The notes beneath the pieces were generated by a model. It worked only from the letters and a program-made list of their open reading frames with translations, did no database searches and was not told the origin of the DNA. Positions 1-13,378 of a stretch of DNA of 64,000 nucleotides are shown piece after piece. Position numbers and translations under genes: made by a program. This DNA is from Chrysomallon squamiferum (taxonomy: Eukaryota; Animalia; Mollusca): assembly GCA_012295275.1 (NCBI GenBank), contig CM022674.1:8680001-8744000 (forward strand), given 5' to 3'. Every line of letters begins with the position of its first letter. The stretch's first letter is position 1.

Positions 1-1756
1 TCACACTAGAGTTAACTCCCTTAGCAAACTGACTGTGAAATCTGGCTGAACAAACAAACTAATAATAAAGTGTGGCAGTTACATCGGTCATTCATGCTGA
101 AGAATGTGCAGCCAATTATGGAAACTGTAAGGAAGTGTAATTTGGGGAAGTAAATAGAATAAACATTTTTCTTATTCCTTTCTTAGCACAAGCTCCAGTT
201 CACTCAAAATGCCATAAGATTTTTAATTTTCTAGATAAATAGTAATTTTAAATACATGTCTGACAGATTTCAAAATAAGGATTGTATCTACCAGCATAAT
301 AAAAGAGAAATAAATAAATAGTTTTAATTAATTTTGTTTTGTGTCACTAGCTCACTTTGACCAATTAGATACTTTCTGGAATTTGCTAATTGCTAACATG
401 TCCAGAATAAAATAAAATAAAATGTTAACAGCATGTGAATCTTCATATGTGACTTGTCACTGACATTAAAACATGTTTAACTGGGAAAGAGAATATGTAC
501 CACCCTATTTAGTAATAGCTAGAACTGGAAAAAAGTGTTTATTGCTATTAAAACAAAAACTCTTTACCTGCAATCTGTTCCTGTGTGTACTTGGTCAAAC
601 ACAAACTTTATGTTTATAAACAAACATATCACTTTTCTTTCTCAAACCCTTAACAGATATAAAGCTGCATAAAACATAAATAAGTAATATTTCACCTTAG
701 ATTTACATGCATCTTGAATGAATCCTGTGCTCTGAGCCAGTGTAATTACTCAGTCTCTTTGGAAAACCTCATCAATTGCTTCATATTGAATAATTCATGA
801 GGTGTGCTGACAGATAGATGACATGAAGATGTCAGAGAAGACATCTCACTTGTAATGGACATGTGTCAGTGGTAAAAACAGAAAAATATTCATTTTATTA
901 ACGTAACAGATGCTGAATACAAACTGTATCACATTGCACACTCAGCTAATACATCACATAGTTAGACTGTGATGTAATGTGAACAGAGGCAGGTAAAGCT
1001 GTTACATACAGTTTCAGTTGTTGTGAGTTTGGATAACGTGTGTTATTAATTATTAACTGTTTACTGAAACCAGTGGTTAGCCTAGTTACTGGGTGAATGC
1101 AAGAAAGATAAAAAAAAAAGGAAGAAAGAAATTTTATTTTGTTCTTTAAAACTAAATCAATAAAACATGAAGAAAAAAAAAAAAATTTTTAGCCAGATAT
1201 GAAAGTTATTTTAAATATAAAAACACTATCGATATCACCATGATAACAAAACCAAGAATAAAATGCATTAACAATATGATAAGAGAAACAATAATAGCAC
1301 TGAACATACATGAAGAACTGTGTATATGTTCTATTTATGTTTATTGTGTTTTTAGGAAATTATGATGTCTAGTATTTTATAGCACTTCTATTGAAATTTT
1401 ACTTAATTATGTAATTGAAGTCTTGTGGAAATCTTAAAACACATTCATAAAATTTGTACAGGTGTGTATTCAATAAACAACACAAAGTGAAAGTGTTTGT
1501 TACCTGAAGAAATCACTTGTATGTGACACAGAACTGACAAGAAGCAGGTAAGAACCTGGGACTGGTTTTATCAGGAAGTAAAGTTATCTCACAGCTCTAT
1601 CTCCATTCGACAAGCCCCAGTTAACAGTTTGTAATAAAAGATGAAATTATAAAAGATATAATATTACACATTGTGTGTTCAGAAAGACAAACCTTAGCTT
1701 GAACTAAAAATCAGGAAGTTATCAAATTTTAAAAATATCTTTTTTATAATAATAAC

Positions 1757-4700
1757 ACACATACACACTAAACACACATACACACACTGACATAGACCAG
1801 CACTAACATTCTAATATACAGACACACACTAACATTCTAGCATACAGACACACACTAACATTCTAACACAGACATACACTAACATTCTAACATACAGACA
1901 CACACTAACATTCTAACACAGACACATACTAACATTCTCATACAGACATACAGACACACACTAACATTCTAACACACAGACATACACTAACATACTAATA
2001 CACAGACACACTAACATTCTAACTCACTGACATACACTGACATTCTAACACACAGACACACACTAACATTCTAACAAACTGACATACACTGACATTCTAA
2101 CACTGACATACACTGACATTCTAACACACTGACATACACTGACATTCTAACACTGACACACACTAACATTCTAACAAACTGACATACACTGACATTCTAA
2201 CACTGACATACACTGACATTCTAACACACTGACATATACTGACATTCTAACAAACTGACATTCTAACTCACTGACACACACTGACATTCTAACACACTGA
2301 CACACACTGACATTCTAACACACAGACACACACTGACATTCTAACACACTGACATACACTGACATTCTAACACACTGACATACACTGACATTCTAACACA
2401 CTGACATTCTAACACACTGACACACACTGACATTCTAACACACTGTCATACACTGACATTCTAACACACTGACATACACTGACATTCTAACACACAGACA
2501 CACACTGACACACACTGACATTCTAACAAACTGACATACACTGATATTCTAACACACTGACATACACTGACATTCTAACACACAGACACACACTGACATT
2601 CTAACTCACTGACATACACTGACATTCTAACTCACTGACATACACTAACATTCTAACACACTGTCATACACTGATATTCTAACTCACAGACATACACTAA
2701 CATTCTAACACACTGTCATACACTGATATTCTAACTCACAGACACACACTGACATTCTAACAAACTGACATACACTGATATTCTAACTCACAGACATACA
2801 CTAACATTCTAAAACACTGACATACACTGACATTCTAACTCACTGACATACACTGACATTCTAACTCGCTGACACACACTGACATTCTAACACACTGTCA
2901 TACACTGATATTCTAACACACTGACATACATTGACATTCTAACACACTGACATACACTGACATTCTAACACACTGACACACACTGACATTCTAACACACA
3001 GACACACACTGACATTCTAACACACTGACATACACTGACATTCTAACTCACTGACATACACTGACATTCTAACTCACTGATACACACTGACATTCTAACT
3101 CACAGACATACACTGACATTCTAACTCACTGACACACACTGACATTCTAACTCACTGACATACACTGACATTCTAACTCACTGACACACACTGACATTCT
3201 AACTCACTGACATACACTGACATTCTAACACACTGACATACACTGACATTCTAACTCACTGACATACACTGACATTCTAACACACTGACACACACTGACA
3301 TTCTAACTCAGACACACACTGACATTCTAACTCACTGACATACACTGACATTCTAACACACTGACACACACTGACATACACTGACATTCTAACACACTGA
3401 TATACATTGACATTCTAACTCACTGACTCACACTGACATTCTAACACACAGACATACACTGACATTTTAACACACTGACATTCTAACAAACTGACATACA
3501 CTGATATTCTAACACACACTGACATTCTAACACACTGACATTCTAACAAACTGACATACACTGATATTCTAACTCACAGACATACACTGACATTCTAACT
3601 CACAGACAAACACTAACATTCTAACTCACAGACATATACTAACATTCTAATACACACTAACATTCTAAAAACCTACAAACACTAACATTCTAATACACAT
3701 ACACACTAACATTCTAATACACTGACATATACCAACATTCTAACACACTGACATATACCAACATTCTAATACACACTAACATTCTAATACTACTAACATT
3801 CTAATACACATACACACTAACATTCTAATACACTGACATATACCAACATTCTAATACACACTAACATTCTAAAAACCTACACACACTAACATTCTAATAC
3901 ACATACACACTAACATTCTAATACACTGACATATACTAACATTCTAATACACTGACATATACCAACATTCTAATACACTGACATATACCAACATTCTAAT
4001 ACACACTAACATTCTAATACACATACACACTAACATTCTAAAAACCTGACATATACCAACATTCTAATACACACTAACATTCTAAAAACCTACACACACT
4101 AACATTCTAATACACATACACACTGACATATACCAACATTCTAATACACACTAACATTCTAAAAACCTACACACACTAACATTCTAATACACATACACAC
4201 TAACATTCTAATACACTGACATATACTAACATTCTAATACAATGACATATACCAACATTCTAATACACACTAACATTCTAAAAACCTGACATATACCAAC
4301 ATTCTAATACACACTAACATTCTAAAAACCTACACACACTAACATTCTAATACACATACACACTAACATTCTAATACACTGACATATACTAACATTCTAA
4401 TACACTGACATATACCAACATTCTAATACACTGACATATACCAACATTCTAATACACACTAACATTCTAATACACATACACACTAACATTCTAAAAACCT
4501 GACATATACCAACATTCTAATACACACTAACATTCTAAAAACCTACACACACTAACATTCTAATACACATACACACTGACATATACCAACATTCTAAAAA
4601 CCTAAACACACTAACATTCTAATACACATACACACTAACATTCTAATACACTGACATATACTAACATTCTAATACACTGACATATACCAACATTCTAATA

Positions 4701-5290
4701 CACACTAACATTCTAATACACATACACACTAACATTCTAAAAACCTGACATATACCAACATTCTAATACACACTAACATTCTAAAAACCTACACACACTA
4801 ACATTCTAATACACATACACACTGACATATACCAACATTCTAATACACACTAACATTCTAAAAACCTACACACACTAACATTCTAATACACATACACACT
4901 AACATTCTAATACACTGACATATACCAACATTCTAATACACACTAACATTCTAATACACTGACATATACCAACATTCTAATACACACTAACATTCTAAAA
5001 ACCTACACACACTAACATTCTAATACACATACACACCAACATTCTAATACACTGACATACTAATAAACTGACATATACTAACATTCTAATACACATACAC
5101 ACACTAACATTCTAACACACAGACATACACTAACATTCTAAAAACCTATACACACTAACATTCTAATACACATACACACACCAACATTCTAACACACCAA
5201 CATATACTAACATTCTAACATACAGACATACACTAACATTTTAACACAGACATACACTAACATTCTAACACCCAAAAACTAACATTCAAA
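1757..5290. repeat. ~3.5 kb complex minisatellite with core (G/A)ACATTCTAA; monomers 16-26 bp
   Basis: Left domain dominated by CACACTGACATACACTGACATTCTAA; right domain by 18/24/25/26-bp AACATTCTAA variants. Confidence 0.97.
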
Positions 5291-5657
5291 CACAGAAATA
5301 TACATTACTGTCAAAAATATTTTCAGTTGCAGCTTTAAAAATAATTGGAACAATAATTTATCAATCATACTAATAATAATAAAAATTATTATAAAAACAA
5401 CAAAGAAACCCAATTTAGTAAAGCCAGTAAATGGTGAAAAAAGTTAGAACCTTAGAAACACATTACCCTTCATAGCTGCTTACTGACATTATTCCTAATG
5501 TAACCTTTTGAAAATTCATCTGAATTCAGGTAACATCAAACAGTAGCTTCTGTCAGCAAATGTTATAAATATTACTAATTGTAATGTAAGTGTTGTAATA
5601 TATTTGAAATGTCTTAACAAGTTATCTCAAGTATTCTAAAAATATGTATATTATGTA

Positions 5658-5659
<2 letters not shown>

Positions 5660-5706
<47 letters not shown>

Positions 5707-5775
5707 ATGTATGTATGTATATGTATATGTATACATATATGTATGTAATAATATGTATGTGTATGTATGTATGTA
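5660..5775. repeat. (TG)n/(TATG)n microsatellite
   Basis: Direct reading. Confidence 0.95.
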
Positions 5776-6170
5776 TTGTAATTATTGTAATTATTTTCAT
5801 ATGTTTATAAACAAGTTGGTTTTACTAAGTACAGATATAACATACAACTCAATTATGGCAAGGTTCAGGTAAAGTACAGTATTTGCAGGTAATTACTACA
5901 GGTACAAAATATATAAGTTAACAAATATGGTTACAAAAATATATAAATGAATATGGGTGAACTATGATTATAAATATATTCAGGTGTTTGACAAGGTAAT
6001 TAATGATCAGGTAATTAATATTGTTACATTGTAAACTTATCTGGAGGGCAGCAAAACACAATAGTAAAGTTGTGTGCTTCACTGGAACTGTAAATATGAC
6101 AGAAAACATTTAACTTAATGTGCTAGAAAATATTATTTCTACTTTAACTTCAATAATGAAAGTCTGAGGC

Positions 6171-6220
<50 letters not shown>

Positions 6221-6701
6221 TTGTAACAGTAGGGAAATCACTTAAAAACATTTGCCAGATGTCACTAGAAATTTACTATAAACTACAATTTATTACAATC
6301 AGTATATAAAAAATTATTACAACATAATTTCAGTAATAATAATAATAATAATAATCCCCATCATCTGATCAAAATATCAAAAAATGTTTAGAAAACCATC
6401 ATACTTTTTGTCACCTTTGGAAAAGTTTGTAATCCTGTTACACAGTGAAATTAAATATCTCAGGTTTCTTACTGAAAGTTTTTTGTTTTTGTGTGAGTTA
6501 ATTAAAAACTACTAGAGGATATCCTGTTAAAGTTCTCCTGTAAGTACTATTTCCATTTACCAAATACCGACAGACACAACTGTTAATGTTTGCTGACAAC
6601 AAATTATTCTTCATAATAATAATTAATTAGTAATAAAAAAATAGAAAGGATGGTAATAAAGAAATAAAAGTAAAACAAAACAAGAATTTTTATTCTCAAT
6701 T

Positions 6702-6705
<4 letters not shown>

Positions 6706-6766
<61 letters not shown>
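6706..6766. repeat. (AG)n microsatellite
   Basis: Direct reading; similar tracts at 6171-6217 and 11143-11193. Confidence 0.97.
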
Positions 6767-6770
<4 letters not shown>

Positions 6771-7698
6771 TAAAAATGATTAGATATTTTACAGAAGGAA
6801 TTATTTTATTTGATCCGAAAAACTAAAATGATTTAGGCTAGAAATGTTAGTTGTATACTGTTATATTCCACAATGATAACCATGTTCACACATGTTAATG
6901 TTAGTCAACGCATGCAATATAAAGTTGTAACATTCAATGTATTCTATGTAAATAAGGTTTAGAATTTTCCACTCTTTGTGTATTAATATAATATAGCTCA
7001 TGTATATGAATTAAGATGAATGTATAGATGGAAATGTGTAAACATGTTTTTCAGTACTAACCTATTTTTTTAATTCATGATGGATCCTTGTGATTTTATT
7101 AAAAAGTTAGAAAGTTTTAACAATACATATTATACCCAAACTGCTGAAAATAAGGCTCTCACTCACACACACAGATATTCAAAGACATATTCACATATAC
7201 ACAGAAATACTTATTTCACCTATATTGAATACTCTGATATATATTATCTACTGTATTAATCCTCACATAAGTAACACACACTAACCAGTTCCTAAAGTAT
7301 AGTTCAAAATAAATATCTCCATTTGTCTCACTCTTTCACTTACATAAAAAATGTACCCCTCCCACATGCCAGTAACTGAAGCAAAACGCCCGATTCAAAA
7401 AGTTTTCATTCATTAATAACCAACCATTTAAAAAAACCAAACACAAAAACTGATTCCAATTAACTTTTATCTGTATATTGTTTCATTCTGCAGAGTGTTA
7501 AATATATTAATAAAATTTTAGAAATACCATTACTGAAGGAAGTAATACTTACTGGCCAGACAAACTGTCTCTGCACTGTGTACAAGTGTACAGTGTAGCA
7601 CAGAGGACAATCAGTTGATTTACCTGTCTAGGGGTTGTTTCAAAAGTCAAAAAGATACATTAAAAGGGGCAAGATATTAATTTACCACATTATAGAAC

Positions 7699-7733
<35 letters not shown>

Positions 7734-10069
7734 CATCTCACAAAACAGGGTTGTTTCAAAGGTAAAAAAATATATATATATATATATCAAACAGGGGGGT
7801 TATTATTAATGCTAGGGTTGTTTCAAAGATAAATATTAAGTCATGATTGTTTTATTTCTTCTTTTTTTTTCATTTTATTTAAATTATACTGCACAACTAT
7901 TTAAAAAAATAATAAGAAGAAAAATAAAAACCTCACAGACTGTTTCATAAGTTATATGAGAGATAATTAAACATTTTGAAAATTCTGCAAAGTCTTGTTT
8001 TGAAAGTGAAACACACACACACATATAAAATGAGGAATTATAGTACAATTTTTTCTTTCTTAAAAAAAGAAATATATTATGTACAATAATAACAAAACTT
8101 TGGGTGTCTTAAATGCATATATTAATATAAAACAAGGAATGTTATTTATAATGTACAAATAAAAAAAACCTTTTTTTAAATTAAATAATAATTCCTCCAT
8201 GGTTTATTTCAAAGGTATCTAAAATACTTTAAAATACATTACCATAATACACACCTCTACCAGATGAAAAAGATAACAATAAAAAATACAAAAAAGGAAA
8301 GGTATCATTTACAGTAATGTTACTGTATGACCACTTCAGCTTATTGCAAGGGTATATGTAACATATGCCAAACGAGAGATGTGTTTTATACCATATAGAA
8401 TAATTAGTAAAATATTGTGGGTTCTTCTAAAGTGTATATAAAAATTAATAGATCTAAAAAGTTATTTATTTATCAATCATTAAAATAATTAAAATATGTA
8501 TTATTTACAACATTGTAAAAACCACAGAACAAAAACCTTGTTTCAAAGGTACAAAAATATGAACTCTTTCTTAAAATGTTCTATATCTCAAACAGTATAT
8601 GAGTCAGTTCTAGTAAATACACAATTTTGTAATATTTATTTATATTAAATTTATTTATTTTGTAGCCTATTTATAGAAGGTGACACATAACAAAAAGGTT
8701 AATAAGAATTAATACTGATTTGTTAGAGAAATCTATGTATGTCTTGAAATATATTAGTGAACCTTGAGCAGGTGAAATTAATTACAGGTCAACATGAAAC
8801 CCCATATATAATTTCAGGTAAATGTCATTGTGAAGGTCAAATACACAATCTTGATATTATTTCAAAAAAGAAGAAAACAACAAAAAATCAATAACTGAAG
8901 AGAAAATATTTCTTTGAAATCTCCACATACACATCCAGTTCTTGAAAAAAAGGTAAACTGGTTTAAATGCAAATGATTCTTTAATTCAAAGGCAAGATGT
9001 GAAGAGAAAAATAATCACTTACTGTGCAAACACTATTAAATAAAATAACATTAATTAAATAAATAAAAAAGAATTAAGAATCAAAATAGAATGCATAAGA
9101 ATTAAAGTAACCCAAATGTCAGTTGCTATTATAGACTAAACATACAAACACACATACAAACACATGACTATTTCCAAAACAAAAACAAAGATTAAACTTT
9201 TTTTTTTTAAATATTTTTATCTTCAGATCTTGAGAAATATAAATAGAAGCTTTAAAAACTAGTTTTTAAAAATGAAGTGAAATGAAATTAGAATTTGATA
9301 CCAAGTATGTGTATTAAAACTGTAATATTGAAAAAAATTAGGTAAAAATAATATTTTCTGTACGTCTGTGTGTCTGTTACTGTGTGTACAGAGGGCAGGC
9401 TCTGACACAGGTCAGCTGTTTGAACAGACAGCCAGGCACACAGACTTGCTTCACTCTCACCTACCAGGTGTAATTACAGTTATAAACAAAGTGTTAATTA
9501 ATTAGACAAGTCATCACCTGTCACACATATATATCACTGGTTTAATCTAAACAGGTACAATTATTTGTAACCAGATACAATTATTTTTTAATGAAATATA
9601 CATTTATTACATTTTAAAAAATTAATTATATTTCATTATATTAAAGGATGCTTCATTCATATTCAAAATAAAAGAACAAAACAACAAAATAATAAAACAG
9701 AAATAGAAATTCATTTAAATATTAAGTTACATAAAATAATCCAACAACAACAACAACAACAATAATAATAATAAATAAGTACTTTTGTTTTAAATCCTTT
9801 TCTTTACAAAATATTTAGTTATTCTTTTATTCTACATTATCAAGTCACTGACAAATACATGCAGACTCTGACAGTATAGTTACTGATTAGAGTTATCAAA
9901 TCTGTCACACTGTACAAGATTAACTATCACAAAACTCTGATTACAAGGTCAAGGTTACTTGAAAGTCTGCTCAGCTGTAAAATCACTAAGTTAATTAACT
10001 GGTGTAAACGAAACCTGATAACAGCAGGTACAAAGCATGGCTGACACGTTCAAACATTGTTTCTTTTAG

Positions 10070-10355
10070 ACAAAGACATCCAATCTTAGAAGAGAGTACA
10101 ATCCAACAAGTACAAAGACATCATTTCTTAGAACAAAGTTTAGATTACTAACAAGAACAAAGACATCCAATCTTAGAACAGAGTACAATCCAACAAGTAC
10201 AAAGACATCATTTCTTAGAACAAAGTTTAGATTACTAACAAGAACAAAGACATCCTATCTTAGAACAAACAGTGTTTATACTCAACAAGAACAAAATCCT
10301 CTATTAGAGCAATGTTTAGACACTAACTAGAAGGAAGACAGTCTGTCTTAGACAA
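10070..10355. repeat. Tandem repeat of ~43-44 bp units arranged as a near-perfect 87-bp duplication
   Basis: caaagacatccaatcttaga starts at 10071 and 10158; degenerate copies follow. Confidence 0.9.
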
Positions 10356-10829
10356 AACGGTGTTTTGTGTGGTATCTAGATGTTCACACAGTCAGAACAG
10401 TGACTGAGATGTTTAAGCTTGAACTTTAAGTGAGATTAAATTCACTTATCATTTTCCACAGATGCTTTTTTCTGCTAATATTAATTAGTCTTAAGAAAAC
10501 AACTCAAGCTATCCAAGACAGGAATCCTTTATTATCACAGTTCATCAGACAAAGAAAAAGACATCAGAAAGACACTGACTTTATTCTAATGAAATACATC
10601 CCAATATAATACAGAAATAACTTGTGACTCAGTCTGGTTATTAATTTTGAGCTTACTGAAAGTTAATGCCTTTTAATGTTATTATATATGTTATCATCCT
10701 GAAATTTGTCCTGATCTTTATAGCTACATTAAAAATTGCTTTATGACTATGTATATGATTTTGTATACATGTATATTTACATAATTATGCATTTGTGTGT
10801 GTGTATATACATGCAAGTGTGTAAATTTG

Positions 10830-10867
<38 letters not shown>

Positions 10868-10911
10868 GTATTTTTGTGGATATTTAATATGAAGCCAGAT
10901 TGTGAACAAAC

Positions 10912-11097
10912 CTCCTGCTGCCCCATTTCTGCTGCGTTGTGTAAAGGAGATCCACCAAGATTGTCGAGTGTAATGATAGCACCCCCGTGTTTCAGCAACC
11001 ACTCAACCACTGGAGCGTGACCTCGGCTCGCTCCAAAGTGTAGAGGTGTGGCACCATCAAAGTCACGGTCATTCGGGTTCATCTGCTGATCCTTAAT
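10912..11097 (-). CDS. ESPN: espin-like coding exon 3
   Basis: Acceptor ttacag, donor GAG|GTTTGT; [23 protein letters not shown]...MGQQE. Confidence 0.88.
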
Positions 11098-11141
11098 CTG
11101 TAACAGTATTAAATAAGTTAGAGAAAAAGAGGGATTAAGAA

Positions 11142-11193
<52 letters not shown>

Positions 11194-11767
11194 CATAAAA
11201 ATGCAAGAAAAAAGAAAGTGAGAGAGAGATAAATAAATATGTTTAGATAAAAGATATTTGGAGAAACATCTAAGTGAAAGAATAACTATGTTTTCTTAGG
11301 TTAATTTTTTTTTTAAATGACTTTATATTAATGAAATATATAAACTAAATCTGTCGTAGTACTCATTATAAACTGGTTTAGAGTAAAAATGGCTGGTTAA
11401 TAACTTTGAAACATCACTTCCTGACCAATCATATGCATAATCTATTTATAATTCATTTCAAAATCTATTTATCAAATATTCCCAACTGCAGATAAAACTT
11501 ATTCTAAAACTATATCATAAAACTGTCATTGCATTCATCCAGTAAAATTTAAAATTCAATATGAGAGATAGAGACAGTCATAAACTTTTAAATGTCAGTG
11601 TGTTCCCATAACAACAAGTCATGCACAGAGAACACAAGCTGTAAAAGGTCACTGTCTGTTAGAAACAGGTTCCAAAACAACTGTAAAATAATACAGTGGA
11701 TCATTCTCAGTTTTCACTTCTACATTTTTACATTCAACTTATATCAGATGTTTCACAATGTGTGCAC

Positions 11768-11803
<36 letters not shown>

Positions 11804-12227
11804 CAGTTTTATAATCCTAATTTTACTACACATAATAGTCTAAACTGAGATAACAGTCTCATAACACTCAGGGATAGAAAGAGGAATTTCAGAAAGTAAT
11901 TTAAGCAGAAGGTAATTAATTAAAGATATATAACATTGTTAACTCTCTCTCTCCTTCCTTCCCCTATATCTCTCTCTCTCTTTCTGCAATGAACTTTTAC
12001 AGGTGTGTCTATTTTACCTTTTTTGATTCAGCAAACATATTTATATTTGTATGCATGTTATTGTTTACATGCAAGTTACTATAAGTATATTTATGAATAC
12101 TCAGTTTATTATTGACAACAACAGTCAGCAGGAAGTTACAATAATATGTCTGTGTGTGTGTGTGTGTCTGTGTATGTGTGTATGTCTGTGTGTGTGTGTG
12201 TGTATGTGTGTGTGTCTGTGTGTGTCT

Positions 12228-12276
<49 letters not shown>

Positions 12277-12355
12277 TGTGTCTGTGTGTGTGTCTGTGTC
12301 TCTGTGTGTGTGTCTGTGTCTCTGTGTGTGTGTCTGTGTCTGTGTCTGTGTGTCT

Positions 12356-12387
<32 letters not shown>

Positions 12388-12457
12388 CTGTGTCTCTGTG
12401 TGTGTGTGTCTGTGTGTGTGTCTGTGTCTCTCTGTGTGTGTCTCTCTGTGTGTGTCT

Positions 12458-12497
<40 letters not shown>

Positions 12498-13378
12498 AAC
12501 AAGACTTACCAGCCACTTAACACAGTGAAGATGATTGTTCTGAGCAGCAGCGTGTAAGACTGACATCCCATCAAACGACTTCATCAGAACAGACCCACCA
12601 GCTTTCTCAACTAAAAACTTGAGTATTTCCAAATGACCATCTTGGCTTGCCAAGTAGACTGGAGTTAAACCTGTGTTTGTCTGAATGTTCACACAGCTAG
12701 AAAGAAAATACTCAGTATGAAAGTGAAAAAGAATTTTGATTGAAATAAATCAGAGAAAGAAAGATTAATAGTGATGTGTGTTGTTTGTGTATTTATTATT
12801 ATTATTATTAGTTGTAGTAGTAGTAGCAGTAGTAGTAGTTCGAAGACTCAGTCTTATAAGTCAATGTCTGATAATAGCATTTCTCACCTAGGTGCTGCTT
12901 TCACGAGCATCTTAACACATTCAACATGTCCTCCTTCTGCTGCAAAGTGGATTGGCAAAGCATAGTTTGCTGTTTTCACAGAGATATCACACTCTGTCTC
13001 GTCGATCAGCCATTGCACAATCTGGGCGTGACCATACCTTGCCGACAGGTGTAAAATTGTCGCACCGTTTCCGTCTTGGTCGTCAAAAGAGCAGTCTGTA
13101 TTGTTTAAAATCCACTTCAGCGCTGGTAGGTTGCCAGCAGCAGCGGCGTCGTGTGCTGACGTTGCACCGACGTTGCTGCGCTTTGTAGCATTTAATCCTT
13201 TCTTGTTTACCAGAAAGTCGAGCGTCTCAACACAGCCTCCGCGGGCAGCGTAATGTAAACACGTCGCCCCGAGTTTGTCTCTGCTTGTCGCCACTTTCTC
13301 GTCACCCAGCGATCTTAATTTCGACAGATCGCCAGTTCGAGCCGCGGCCAGCGCTTCTTCGGTCACCATAGCTACCAT
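10912..13378 (-). CDS. ESPN: Espin/forked-family actin-bundling protein, N-terminal ankyrin-repeat region (3 coding exons; 3' part outside window)
   Basis: Exons 13378-12888, 12696-12510 and 11097-10912 join in frame via GT-AG (phases 2,0,0). The product has tandem ankyrin repeats ([65 protein letters not shown]) and an N-terminus [11 protein letters not shown] resembling vertebrate espin. Confidence 0.88.
12147..12495. repeat. Compound (TG)n/(TGTC)n microsatellite
   Basis: Direct reading; source of the CV/HT junk ORFs. Confidence 0.98.
12510..12696 (-). CDS. ESPN: espin-like coding exon 2
   Basis: Acceptor tttctag, donor CTG|GTAAGT; [16 protein letters not shown]...HCVKWL. Confidence 0.9.
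12888..13378 (-). CDS. ESPN: espin-like coding exon 1
   Basis: ATG at 13378 (or Met4); ORF track 12884..13378; donor AG|GTGAG. Confidence 0.9.

Noticed and set aside
1757-5290. Repeat-spacer look suggesting a CRISPR array or telomeric tract
   Set aside because: Eukaryotic intron; the spacers are themselves repetitive, there are no cas genes, and no TTAGGG/TTAGG units
12051-12557. Long CV- and HT-repeat ORFs (also 5663, 10724-11020, 29935-30221, 47183, 56722)
   Set aside because: Translations of TG/CA microsatellites
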